A stretch of 63,885 nt of DNA, counting the filler, from Reticulomyxa filosa (taxonomy: Eukaryota > Protista > Foraminifera): NCBI GenBank assembly GCA_000512085.1. It is 21 parts of 21 records of this genome, joined end to end, with 100 filler letters (N's around TTAATTAATTAA, not from the genome) between each part and the next. Parts side by side here need not be neighbours in the genome. Positions count along the whole stretch, not along the records: positions 11,189 to 13,231 come from ASPP01023522.1; positions 13,332 to 15,431 come from ASPP01001530.1; positions 15,532 to 16,719 come from ASPP01025831.1; positions 16,820 to 18,203 come from ASPP01020882.1; positions 18,304 to 20,312 come from ASPP01004088.1; positions 20,413 to 30,906 come from ASPP01000716.1; 15 more parts are not named here. One strand, written 5' to 3'. Position numbers and translations under genes: made by a program. This document shows, piece by piece, positions 12,476-23,878 of this stretch; positions within the stretch are counted from its first letter, which is position 1, and each line of letters starts with the position of its first letter. The notes beneath the pieces are model-generated. The model saw only the letters and a list, made by a program, of their open reading frames with translations. It was not told the origin of the DNA and searched no databases.

Positions 12476-12504
12476 ATTATGGCGCTGCTGGTGTGGGGTG
12501 GCAA
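12476..12504 (-). promoter_or_regulatory. Sigma70-type promoter for the C4-like immunity transcript
   Basis: TTGCCA (12504-12499), 17-bp spacer, CATAAT (12481-12476). Confidence 0.75.
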
Positions 12505-12522
12505 GTGTCATGGCGTGTCACC

Positions 12523-13182
12523 TCAGGCCGCAAGCATGGGCAAATCCATGCTCTGACGCTGCTGTTGGGCGAAGGTCAGCAATGCTGCCTTGCGCTCGTC
12601 GTAGGGTATGCCACGGCCCAACAGCACCATGTCCTGTGCCTCCAGCCGCTCCAGCAAACGCAGCTCCTTGGCGCTCAGCCTGTCACGCTCCATGGGGGCG
12701 AAGCTGCCAGTAAATGCCCAGTTGATGAGCTTCGCCTCGTTGATGTAGTGGTGTCTTGCCGTAATCTTGCCGTCGGCCTGTCGGGTCAGGCTCAGCATCT
12801 CGCAAACGCCTTTGAAGCGGCTGGATGCTTCAATGCGGAACTTGCGCCAGTCCTCGGGCTGGGCGGTGCCACGGATAAGGCCGTCAATCTGCATGTCACA
12901 CCAGATGGCAAAGCGCACATCAAGCCACTGAGCGAAGCGAACAGCCAACTTGGGATGCAACCAGGGGCCGCCGTTGTTGCCGCGCTTGGTTTTCAAAAGT
13001 GAGCCAGGCTCACATTTGAGCATGTCGGCTAGCGTGGCGATGTACTCACGCGTGCCGTCTTGGTTGAGCCAGTCAACTGGGCGCTTGCCATACTTCTCCG
13101 CAGCTTCTGTGGCATTAAACCAGGCATCAGTAGTGAAGTGCATCGCTTGGCCGTTGAAGTCGGCCTGAATGATTTTGTTCAT
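12523..13182 (-). CDS. KilA-N domain phage regulatory protein
   Basis: WFNATEAAEKYGKRPVDWL...TREYI...KRGNNGGPWLHPKLAVRFAQWLDVRFAIWCD. Confidence 0.92.
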   Translation of the reverse strand: MNKIIQADFNGQAMHFTTDAWFNATEAAEKYGKRPVDWLNQDGTREYIATLADMLKCEPGSLLKTKRGNNGGPWLHPKLAVRFAQWLDVRFAIWCDMQIDGLIRGTAQPEDWRKFRIEASSRFKGVCEMLSLTRQADGKITARHHYINEAKLINWAFTGSFAPMERDRLSAKELRLLERLEAQDMVLLGRGIPYDERKAALLTFAQQQRQSMDLPMLAA

Positions 13183-13331
13183 GGCGGCCCCCTACGCAGC
13201 AAGCTGGCTGGTGCTGGTCACGGTGCGGCTGNNNNNNNNNNNNNNNNNNNNNNNNNNNNNNNNNNNNNNNNNNNNTTAATTAATTAANNNNNNNNNNNNN
13301 NNNNNNNNNNNNNNNNNNNNNNNNNNNNNNN

Positions 13332-14200
13332 AGTGAGAATATCACTCTTCCACAATGCGATCTAATGATTACTCACATATTCCAATGCAAGTCTCATTGC
13401 TTCGATATCTGATCTAATGTTTGTTGTAATACCATTGATTGGATATTCCAACTCCAGCCATTGTGAATGACAAGTCCTGCATCTCCAATTCCAGGATTCG
13501 GGAATGTACTTCCATCACAAAATATCACAATGCAATCAAAATCCAACGATGACAAAATTTCATCTAGATCGCAAATGGTAATTTATTTGATTGAGAATCA
13601 AGAAACAATCCATTCTTTCAATTGCATCTTTGGAATTTCATCTTATTTTGATGTCTGAATGTGATGTCCACATCAGCAAACATTCCACATTGAATAGGTT
13701 GATGAATGACTGTTGCAACTGAACTTGTCTCCTTGTTCACTAATGCTGGAATAATGTATCTTATTGGTGTTCAATGCATTGAATTGCGTAAATAAATTTC
13801 TTGTGTTCCCTTCATGCATCAAATTCCTTGTTTTCTTCTATGATTTTTGAATATCACTCCACCATGGCTTGTTGCCCTTTCCAAATTGTCTTGATACCAA
13901 TTGTCGCTTCTACAGCTTCAACAACATATTTGGTCAAATGGCAATGTATTGATAATATATTTAATTCATTGGATACAATGAAATCAAGAGTACACTCATT
14001 CACATCGTCGATATTATGATCTAACCATGCAGGATGATGTGCATTCCAATCTCCTCCAATGATAATGTGTTCAGTCATTTTCTGAGTTGATTTTAATTCT
14101 TGCTCGAATGCTTGTATATTAAATTGATTACACTGCAGGTTTCGATAGAAACTGCAGAATAACGATTTCTTTTGATCAGGATAAGAGGATTCATAGCCAA
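13332..14200 (-). mobile_element. Degraded non-LTR retrotransposon APE endonuclease/linker fragment
   Basis: FCSFYRN..., HIIIGGDWNAHHPAW, KPWW-like linker; stops and frameshifts. Confidence 0.8.
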
Positions 14201-14399
14201 ATACATTAAATGTATAGTTTTATTTAATTTTGTAAGGTGATAACTGAGAGTGTTGAATTTTTTTTCATTTTAATTTGATTGATATTTAACCTTCAAAGCA
14301 TATGACGTCACCATTTACTGAAGTCTCGTAGAGTCTGAGCGTGGTTCCAAAGGGATTCCTGAATTAAATCCCTTCTTTACAGAGCAATGGAATAGACAT

Positions 14400-15180
14400 T
14401 GGATTTGTGAAGGATCGATAATCCAAGATATACAACGCCACGATATTTCCTATCTGACCTGAATCTTAGTGAACTCAAGATTATTTGTTGGTTGATTACT
14501 GGCAAAGTTGGATCAAAGGATTATTTGTACAACATCCAAAGATCAGATTCTCCTGATTGTATTTGATGAAGCGAGAGAGTAGTCCAACACTTGACTCACC
14601 CCATCTATAAAAAAAAAAAGACATCTCTGCGGCATATGACAGTGTTTGGAGAAATGGATTAAGATACAAAATGAGAAATGAATTTCAACTGGATTGAAGA
14701 TTGTATTGCTGGATTGATAGCTTTTTATCAGATAGATTGAATTCAATACTGGAGTCCCTCAAGGATCTGCTTTATCCCCAATATTGTTCCTATTGTATAT
14801 TAATGACCTACCGACAGTGATTCATCAGCCTATTCAGTGTGGCATGTTTGCTGATGACGTGGCATTATGGACATCAATATTTACAAGTGATGTAAATGAG
14901 ATGAAGTATCCATTTGGTCCAATAAATGGAAGATGTTGCTTGCAGCTGATAAGACATCAGAATAAAAAGAATTTCCCAAAGATGAAATTGACATTACAGC
15001 AATCAAACCTAAAGGAATGCGATCACGTGAAGTATTTCTTGATTCCCAAGCATGTTAATTACGTATACGGCAAGGCAGCGAGGATATTTGATATACTTAT
15101 GTTCATACAAAGGAGTCAGACCAAGTTTACCTACGTACAATCTATTATACCACAAGTGGCTAGGCACCTCATTAACATGC
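14400..15180 (+). mobile_element. Degraded LINE fragments: C-terminal region followed by reverse transcriptase
   Basis: LITGKVGSKDYLYNIQRSDSPDC (C-terminal zinc region); DISAAYDSVWRNGL; GVPQGSALSPILFLLYINDL; MFADDVALW. Confidence 0.88.
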
Positions 15181-15531
15181 GCTGATGCTGAACGCGCCCA
15201 CGCGCGAGGAGCAAGGCCCGGAAAGCAACAAGAAAGCTTCAACAAATTTTATGTGTGTTTTATTTTATTTTGATTGCAATAGTTTAGTGGTGGTGACTGT
15301 CCTTCTTCTTCGATCTAAATCCTTTAAACAGATATGGGGCTGCTTATAATGTAAGTTTTGCTCTAATATTTGAGCCTTGGAATAAAACCCGTTTATATTA
15401 TTTTGGAATACCAATTTTTTTTTTTTTTTTTNNNNNNNNNNNNNNNNNNNNNNNNNNNNNNNNNNNNNNNNNNNNTTAATTAATTAANNNNNNNNNNNNN
15501 NNNNNNNNNNNNNNNNNNNNNNNNNNNNNNN

Positions 15532-16637
15532 GTGAGTGCAATCGAAATGGGATTATTTGGAGTCTCTAATACTCGCTCATTTATTATTATACTTGATTTT
15601 GTATCCTTGTTTTTCTTTTCATTTTCCTCTTTTTTTTCATTCTCCTCTTTATTTTCATTTTCAATAACATTTACATCCTCCTCCTTTTCTGTTTCGTTTT
15701 CATGTTCATTGTCATGAGTTTGATTTTGAATGACATATGAAAAGGCATCTTGCAATGTCTTTTTGAATAACAAAAAATTTTGAGCTTGTTCATTTCTGAG
15801 ATGATTCCATTGATCGGATCCCATTTTCAATAAAGTGATGAAGACATCCAAGGGGCTTGAAATATCTGCCCGTCCGGGATAAATGGAAGATAAATCAGAA
15901 ATGAAAGAATTTGCAAATGAATTATTTGGATTTTGAATGGAGCAAACAATGGAGCCACCAACAGGGACCATAAAATTTTTATCGGTACTTTGAATAATAA
16001 CATCAAGACGACACTTGGGATTAAGACTGGTAGTTCGAATGGATTGAAGGATAGATAATGATTGTAAGCCATATGCATTATTGACAACATGTGGGATTTG
16101 ATATTCACAACAAATTTTTCCAATCTCTTTAATGTTATCAGGAATTCGTGGAGCAAAACAAGAAGTGGTAGATATTACACATAAAATATCTTCTTTGGGA
16201 TTTTCAAATGTATTCAATTTGGATTTAATTGATTCTAAATTGGTGGTCACCTCATCTCCATTTAATATATTGTCAATAACAATCACATTCAATTCTGCAG
16301 TCAACATCGATTTCAAACATGTCTTTTGATCAATTCGTGGCCATATCACATACTTTGCCTTTGGCTTGTATTGCTTTAATGTTAACAAGGTAAAATACAA
16401 TAGCCATTCCCGTTGCAAATGGCAAAATTATTACACCTTCTATCGTTGGAATATCTTCCTTTAATAGATTCTTCACCAATTCATTACTTAGCTTATTTCC
16501 CAATGACGAACCTGCCGCTTTTGGTTGGATCGCATTAACATCCCCACTTCGACCTATTCCATGACTTAATGAATAATGTCTTCGTTTCACCATTTCACTG
16601 TATACACGTCCTTCCCTTTCTCCAACTCCAATATTTC
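15532..16637 (-). CDS. SEPSECS: O-phosphoseryl-tRNA(Sec) selenium transferase (internal part)
   Basis: GVGEREGRV, HGIGRSGDV.AIQPKAAGSS, WPRIDQKTC, STTSCFAPR, HVVNNAYGLQS, QSTDKNFMVPVGGS, YPGRA; one extra T in a T-run near 16395. Confidence 0.96.
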
Positions 16638-16819
16638 CTTTTTTTTTTTTTACAATTTGCATTTTTTTTTAACCTTTTTTTGTTTTTTTTTTTCTAACCA
16701 ACAAAGTTGTTTGCGTCCANNNNNNNNNNNNNNNNNNNNNNNNNNNNNNNNNNNNNNNNNNNNTTAATTAATTAANNNNNNNNNNNNNNNNNNNNNNNNN
16801 NNNNNNNNNNNNNNNNNNN

Positions 16820-18180
16820 CAGATATTTCTTGCCCAAATATTGCCAGTGTTGATCGATATCATAGTCTTTGATGGCTTGCGGCACGCGGACCCAGCCGAA
16901 ATCTTCGAGACGTGCGCTAGTGGAAAGGGAGCGACTTTCAAGCCGTTGAAGAACAACTCCGGCGTCACCGAGGATGGAACCCTGTGGAACTTCGTAAAAA
17001 CTGCTTCTGTCCATATTGCTCTTCTCGTCGCCCTTTGCAGTGTCAGTTGTATCCTTGCGAATTGGCTCCAAATTCGACAGTGCAATTTCATTGTCCATTC
17101 CATTTGCAATAGGTGTATTATTATTGTTATCATTATTATTATTGTTATCATTATTATTATTATTATTATTATTATCATTATTATGATTACTATCATTATT
17201 ATTGTTATTATCATTATTATTATTTACAAAGTCGTTTCTGGACACAACAATCGTGTGTGGAACAACCTCGACTATACTTGAATTGGTTTGGACTTCGTGA
17301 TCATCGTCGACGGTGGAGAGCAGACGAGTTAGCCCAATGGCTTTGGACTTCTTCCGAATGACGGTAATCAAGTCGTCCCCCTTTTTGTCAATCGTCCCAT
17401 CGCTGCTGTTCTGCTCGTCGTCCGACGCGTTCGATATTCTTTGGCTCGGATCCCATCGTTTCATAAAGTACGTCATTTCCACGTAGCATAGCAAATTTTC
17501 AGTTTATTTATTATTATTATTATTATTATTTTTTTTTTTTTTTTTTTTGAAAAGAAAGAAAGAGCGAGGAAGGGAGGAACGATACGTAAGAGATGGTAAT
17601 ATTGCACCTCCCCCTTTTTTTTTTTTAATTGTTTGCCTCCAATTTACATTATGATATTTGTGAGTTCGTTTGTTTCAACGTGCAAACACAAAACACATAG
17701 GCAAATACCACATGAAAATTCTCCCACCAAAAATTGCAAAAACGACTCGAAGCCGTCCAAATTTTCAATGACTTGACGTAGATCCACGCCTATTTGTCAT
17801 TTCAAAAAACAAAAGTACTTGACAGACAGAACCTTTTTTTTTTTTCTCAAAGTATAATACAATATATATATATATATACATATATATTGTATTGCACTGT
17901 AAAAATGACACCAAACTTCTGTAGTTGATATCACTGTTGGATGCATTTGGACGCAAGGCCTGACGGTCGTTGGCGTTCGAGTCTTCGCGGATGCGTTTCA
18001 ACACCCACATGGTTTCGGCGTAGCAAAAGACGGTGTAAAACACGGTTTGAATGACCAAATAGAGGATACGTTGATACAAGATGTTGCGCAGATCAAAGTA
18101 ACTGAACAATAAAATCCCAACGCCAAACACCACCACTCCAACTGTCGCAATGCGAAATTCCATATCTAACTCAGGCTTTC
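16820..18180 (-). CDS. Transmembrane-RGS protein (partial) with an Asn-rich insert
   Basis: Two TM helices, then GFESFLQFLVGEFSC / ENLLCYVEM and later YLGKKYL. Confidence 0.7.
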
Positions 18181-18869
18181 AACATTTTTAAAAAAAAAAA
18201 AAANNNNNNNNNNNNNNNNNNNNNNNNNNNNNNNNNNNNNNNNNNNNTTAATTAATTAANNNNNNNNNNNNNNNNNNNNNNNNNNNNNNNNNNNNNNNNN
18301 NNNTCTCACTATTCCTACATGCAATATCTATACATTCATATTGCAAACACATAGTTTTCTTTTTTAAAATAGCGTACTTTGAAACAGTTGTCTTTTTCAT
18401 TTTAGATTTATGTGATTTAGTGACTTAAACTTGGAAAAGAATTGCTTTCCTAAAAAAATAGCTTGTTGCAGTGATATATAAATATTTCTAGAGTGTGAGT
18501 TACTTTATAATCGTTAGCAGTAAAAAGATTGAAAAAATGAAAAGTATGACACATCTAGATTATTTCTTTTCCATAAAACATATTTAATTTTTCATGAAAT
18601 AACAATTTTTAAACAAAACAAGAAGGACTTATTTATGACATTTGTGCATTAAAATGAAAACAAATTAGGAAATCGCTTTTTTATTTTAGCAATGTAATTC
18701 TGGGATGAAATTTAGTTCTATTAAATTAAAAAGACATTGTACATTTGTCAAATTGTAAATCCTTGAACAAGAAAAGTGAAGTTTTTCTCCAATGTTCAAT
18801 GAAAAAAATAACTAAAACAATTTTTCTATTTTACAAAATTTCCAAAAGTATCTATTCTTGTTTTACTAA

Positions 18870-20312
18870 TTTAAAATTAGGCTTTGTCTTCAATAATTGA
18901 TCGATACGATTTTCAAACCACAAATTATCCATTAAGATATCATCATGTTGATTAGTATTAGTCCTAAATTCATCATTCACATTCTTTCTTTCAATTTGTT
19001 ACATATGTGTTATTTTTAATTTTTTTTTAAAAGGAAATTAGCTGACCCATTATAAATTTGAAGAGCCAAATGGACAAGATGATCAGACTGATTTTGAGAT
19101 TTCATGAACGCACCAAAACATGTTTGGAGAGTTTTTACATCTAACACAAAGAGTTTCAATCCTCCATAGCCAAAGTTTTGCTTCGGCAAAAGAGATGAAT
19201 TGTTGTCCTCTGTCAGGTACTTTGAAAAGAGAAAAAACAAGTTCTCAATTATTTGTTCAACAACCGGGTTGACCACGGCAATATGCCAATGTGTTCTAAT
19301 TACGGCTGCAATGTCTGCTACTTGTTCAATCAAATTCAAGAGCTCTGACGAAGGAGCAGTATTCTTTTTTTATTTTAAACAAGTTTTTGAACCCTTTTTG
19401 GTTTTGTTTAAAGAGAAAAAAGCAACAAACAAGAAATGAACTTCAGTAATGTCAGGGACTTGATATCGTTCTGGAATATTGTCTTTTCCACTAAGCCAAA
19501 TTTTTTCAATTGCGTTTGAAACTTGTGCGTTAATATAATGTTGGATTTGTTCATTGTACAGTTGTTTTAATTTTTTATAAAAAGTTTCAATTTCATCTTC
19601 CAATTCAATTTCACTTGCCATTACTTGTTTCATTCGAATAACCAAGTCTTCCGTGAGGTAATATAAATTGGCCATCAATGAGACTTTTTGAACATTAGAC
19701 TGTGTGCATTAGACATATTTAAGTAGGCATACTTAATATGCGGAAAATTGTTTATTATCCTCAGAAACAATACAATAAATTTTTTCAAGACAAAAAATGT
19801 TTTAAAAGACAATACATGTGTTTGTTCGTCTCGTTTAAAAATTTGGATTATATTTCCATAATAAATTTCTAATAAGTTTATCGTGTTGTTGACAAGCACT
19901 TGGTGCAACCATTGAGTTGCTCGTGAACAGTAGGCGTTTTTTATCAACCATTCAAGGTCTTGTAAAATATCGTCAACATAATTGTACAACAATTCACAAC
20001 TACTGGTCATTCGAAGTTCGTTGGGGAACACTGTATGCTCACTCTGTTTGGGACTGTTGAAAATGTCATTTTTTAAATTTAGCTCCTCAATTGCAATTTC
20101 TGGCTGAAACGACAAAAGACTGGACTTTGACAGTGTTCCATCCATGGGTGACCTTAAAGGGGCTTCAGTAACAACCACAACCTTTTTTTGGATTTTTTAA
20201 AAACATTTTTTTTTAACTTGGGGCTTTAGTTATCCCAATTGAGATCCCATCATTGGGCAATAGGATGAATGGAGAGTTTTCCAATGTATTTTCTTTTTTG
20301 AGGCCATTCAAG
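18870..20312 (-). CDS. Helical-bundle protein, weakly ZW10/CATCHR-like (partial, multi-exon)
   Basis: Consecutive exon-like ORFs 19675-20178, 19370-19678 and 19016-19339. The family call rests only on a loose pattern (FPNELRMTSSCELL; ANLYYLTEDL). Confidence 0.35.
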
Positions 20313-20519
20313 NNNNNNNNNNNNNNNNNNNNNNNNNNNNNNNNNNNNNNNNNNNNTTAATTAATTAANNNNNNNNNNNNNNNNNNNNNNNNNNNNNNNN
20401 NNNNNNNNNNNNAACAAGTTTTTTTTTAATGATAAAAAAAGGGGAGGGGGAGAAGAAGGAAAAGAGAGGGGGGAGGGGGAAAAAAAACACAAATAAACAA
20501 TAACAAAAAACATGTAACA

Positions 20520-22322
20520 GACCTTCTTGAAATAATCCAAATTGCTCGACTAACATAACAGCATGTTCTCTCTGTGCCACTCGTAAGACATCATTTAAGG
20601 TGGCTTGTCCTCGGGGTTTGTCTTGCTCACTATGGTCCGAGACTTGTAAAGTTGTCGACATGGACATGCTTCCATTGGTCACTCGAGTTAGTTCTTCTTC
20701 TTCTTGTTCTTCTTGTTCTTTTGCTTCTCCTCCTTGTTGTTTCTCTTGATTATTTGCATCCGCAGTTTCGGTATCATCGTCGTCTCCTAAGTCCACCTTA
20801 GGTCTTCTCCCACGTTTTCTGCGCTTCCCTCCAACGCCAGTAGCGCGACTCTCGGTGGTGGATGACAAGTCCACGCTGCTTCCGACGCTACCGTGTTTAC
20901 CATTGTTGCTCGCCCGATTCATCCTGGCCAGCAAATCATCCAGGCCGCCACTACTTCCTCGCGTGCCACTCATGCCAGCATCCTCACCCTCTCCAACATT
21001 GCCATCTCCAGACGGTGCCAATGTACCTTTTTTTTGTTTTTCCAATCGCTTTTGAAAGTTCGAGGCAACTGTTTGTTTTAGCGATGAGTCAACCTTTACC
21101 ACATACAGATATACATATATGTAGAGATATATGTAAGTGTAATACGATAAGTTCTCACCCAATCAAAAAAAAAAAGAGAGATAACAATAAATTGCACAAC
21201 CAATCACACACATACACATACATACACATTACCTGAATTTCATTGATTCCTCGTGAATCCTTATGAAAATGAATCCTGGCCTGATTTCTGGTGTCAATGT
21301 TTTCCAGGTCGGTAGTGTACAGAGACATGCGATCCTTGACACTCAAGCTCATGGATTCACTGGTCCCTCGCTCGTGGCCGTGGTCCTGGTGGTCGTCGTC
21401 GTCATCGTCGTTGTTGACCTCATCGTTCTCCACTTGCTTAATGTTTTTGTTTTGCGCATCCGTGATCGTCTGACCTGCATTCACCGCTTTTCCTCCTTTT
21501 TGTCGCGATTCCAACTTGCGTTGTGATGTCGTCTTCACCATCCATTTGAATGATTTCTTTGCATTGTCATTATTATTTGCAGTATTCGTATTTGTATTTG
21601 TATTCGTAATCGTAATCGTATTCGTATTTGTGTTGCCATTGTTGGTACTGCTTTTTTCTTTATCTTTGTCTTTGTCTTTGTTGGCTATCTTATTGTCATT
21701 TTCATTTCCCTTTTTTTCGGGTGATAACACTACGTTCTCTTTCGTTGATTTGTTGTCTGCTTTTTCCAAGGCTTTGCTGAGACCACTCATCGATGACCCA
21801 TTTGCATTTGCGTTTGCATTTGTATTTGCACTTGAATTTGTCGATTCCGTCTTTTTACTTGATCCACTCTCTCCATTACTGCTCGCTTGTCCATTCGTCG
21901 AGACTGCACTTGTCTTTGGTTTCTCGTTCGTTGACGATCGCTTTGAAAAAAAGGGGTCCGTGTTTGAAACAATAACATTTTTTTTTTTTTAAAAAAGGCA
22001 AAATTCAAAAGCAAAACTGATGCTGGCTTCGTGCTCGTTTCTACGTCTGACCCCTTGTTCAACTGTGCGATCCTTTCTTGCACTGACGCTTTTCGATTTT
22101 GCTCATTGTTGCCATCGTCATTGAGCAGTCTTTGTTTTTCAGTTTTCTCTTTCTGTGGCTTCGCTTCGTCGTCTGTTTGTTTGTAGTGTTGTTTTCTCTT
22201 AGAACACAGCGCGGCACGAACAATATCATATCATTTTTCTCGTGTCAACTGCGTCGAGTAGTATTTTTCTGAACATTTATATCCACGTCATTCGTTTTTG
22301 TGCAGGCACATGTTGAGCCCAT
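20520..22322 (-). CDS. Low-complexity protein with an N-terminal MGxxCxC acylation motif (3' partial)
   Basis: MGSTCACTK at 22322; in-phase introns join ORFs 21787-22083, 21155-21790 and 20365-21162. Confidence 0.6.
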
Positions 22323-23524
22323 TATTTTAAAGAGAGTTTATCCTTCCGTGTTGGGGTTCATCAGTATAATTAACTGTTTGTCCACTCTTCTCCTCTTTAG
22401 CTACGTTAGCAAAACGGACTAATATTTTTCAAACGCCAAAAAAACTAGTGCTGATGAAAATCATAAGCTTCAAAAAGTACAAGAAGCTCCATTTGTGAAT
22501 GAAACAAGTAATAATCATTTCATTACCCAAACAAAAAAAAAAAAATTCTTGTAAAACAAATTAAAAAACATAAGCTTTTATGGAATCTTGTTAGTGCGCA
22601 GTTCAAAATCTTGAAAATCTGTTGAAGCCTAAAAATGATTGTGAGTGTTGTTGCAATAATTGTTTCTATTTTCGCGGACCAAAACGGTCCTTCATAAAAA
22701 AAAACAACACACAATAAAATATTTAAATGAAAAAAAATATATACATACATAACTTGTTAGTTGAGCAGATAATAGTACAAAACCAAAAAATATCGACAGC
22801 AATGTAATGCAAATCATTGCAGATATGAAATCTTTGTCAAAATTGATAATGTATAACATCGAAGAGACACTTGTACTTTGAAGTAATATAATTCCACCAT
22901 AGTAACAGCAGTTTGAATGCTGACATCTGGCGGTCATCTCATTCAAATATGTCTTTACTTTTTTTTTTTGTTGCATATTGACAAGTTAAAAAGGAAAGGA
23001 AATCTGTCTAAAAATTCATTTTTTTAACTTAAAAAAATTTTGATTTAATCACATTTTAAAAAAATTGTCAGTATTGAAAGTATTTATTTTCTTTATATTT
23101 GTTTCTTCTTTTATTTAAATTTTTTATGATAATAATTAATTTATTTTCAAGATTTATTTCATTAATTTGAAAGTATTACAAAATTCTGTTTGCGAAATCT
23201 TTAAAAAAAATAATAAAAAGTTTGTTGCATAAAATTTTAAGTAGGTTTATAGAACTAATCAATATTGGGATTTTGTACCTCAATGTAGTCTAGTGCATAG
23301 ATGGTGAAGTAGTACTAATAAGTATTCTAATTAGCATTGAACTGTTTTGGGCAGGTGCATCCGGGGAGAATTGTAGGAGTGTTTGGAGCACTTCTGGACA
23401 GCCGGGTCAAGGTCCTCTTCGAGGTTCATTGGAGAATATTTTTTTCATCAATATAATGATTGATTTTATTTATTTTATAATTTTAATGTTTAAAAAAATG
23501 AAAAATAAAAACTATTCAATAGAA

Positions 23525-23718
23525 TGTAGGACAAGCCCTTATCACGCATGGCTGAACGCTTATGGAACTGAGGATCTCCCTTTGAGTTAAACATCCTCAA
23601 CAAACTACCTCTTACTTACTTGCTTTCTTTACTTTCTTTTGTCCTTTGATTTATTCTTTAATTTACTTTTGTTTACTGAAAGTCACTCTCATTTCGAGTA
23701 ACACTCTTTCGTATTACA
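23525..23718 (-). repeat. ~194-bp TG...CA element (solo-LTR-like), copy A
   Basis: Ends TGTAGGACAAGCCCTTA and TCGTATTACA; aligns with the reverse complement of 27283-27471. Confidence 0.7.
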
Positions 23719-23878
23719 TTTAGTGAAGCTATTCACCGTAGACTCCCCAAAAGAATTTGCACGACACAATTATTGACATCATAAATCAAAAAGACATAAT
23801 CCCCAAGTTTAATTAAAGTTATTTACTGTCAACAAATGACATTGCACAAATAGTAAAGAAATGTGCATTAAAAACAAA

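Larger units (their letters stand above)
11189..13231 (-). mobile_element. Bacterial P4/PICI-like satellite or prophage fragment (foreign contig)
   Basis: Much higher GC than all other contigs, no introns, translationally coupled ORFs (ATGA overlaps at 12053-12056 and 11357-11360). Order: KilA-N, ash/icd, small ORFs, primase. Confidence 0.85.

Noticed and set aside
15160-15225. HDV-like ribozyme on the minus strand (TGC-TCCTCGC-GCG resembles P3/L3)
   Set aside because: No P1 helix can be formed, and the catalytic C position reads T (GTTAATG)
11189-15431. Functional link between the phage module and the neighbouring RT (retron/DGR-like system)
   Set aside because: They are different contigs from different organisms, and the RT is a decayed eukaryotic LINE type
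17490-17510. Non-canonical TG acceptor before ENLL in the TM-RGS gene
   Set aside because: A single case beside long homopolymers; a dropped base is more likely without read or cDNA evidence
23567-23600. Hammerhead ribozyme in the TG...CA elements (CTGAGGA fits CUGANGA)
   Set aside because: Both copies have TTAAAC instead of GAAA after the putative stem II, and CTGAGGA is better explained as a hairpin arm. CAAGCCC also lacks twister loop spacing.
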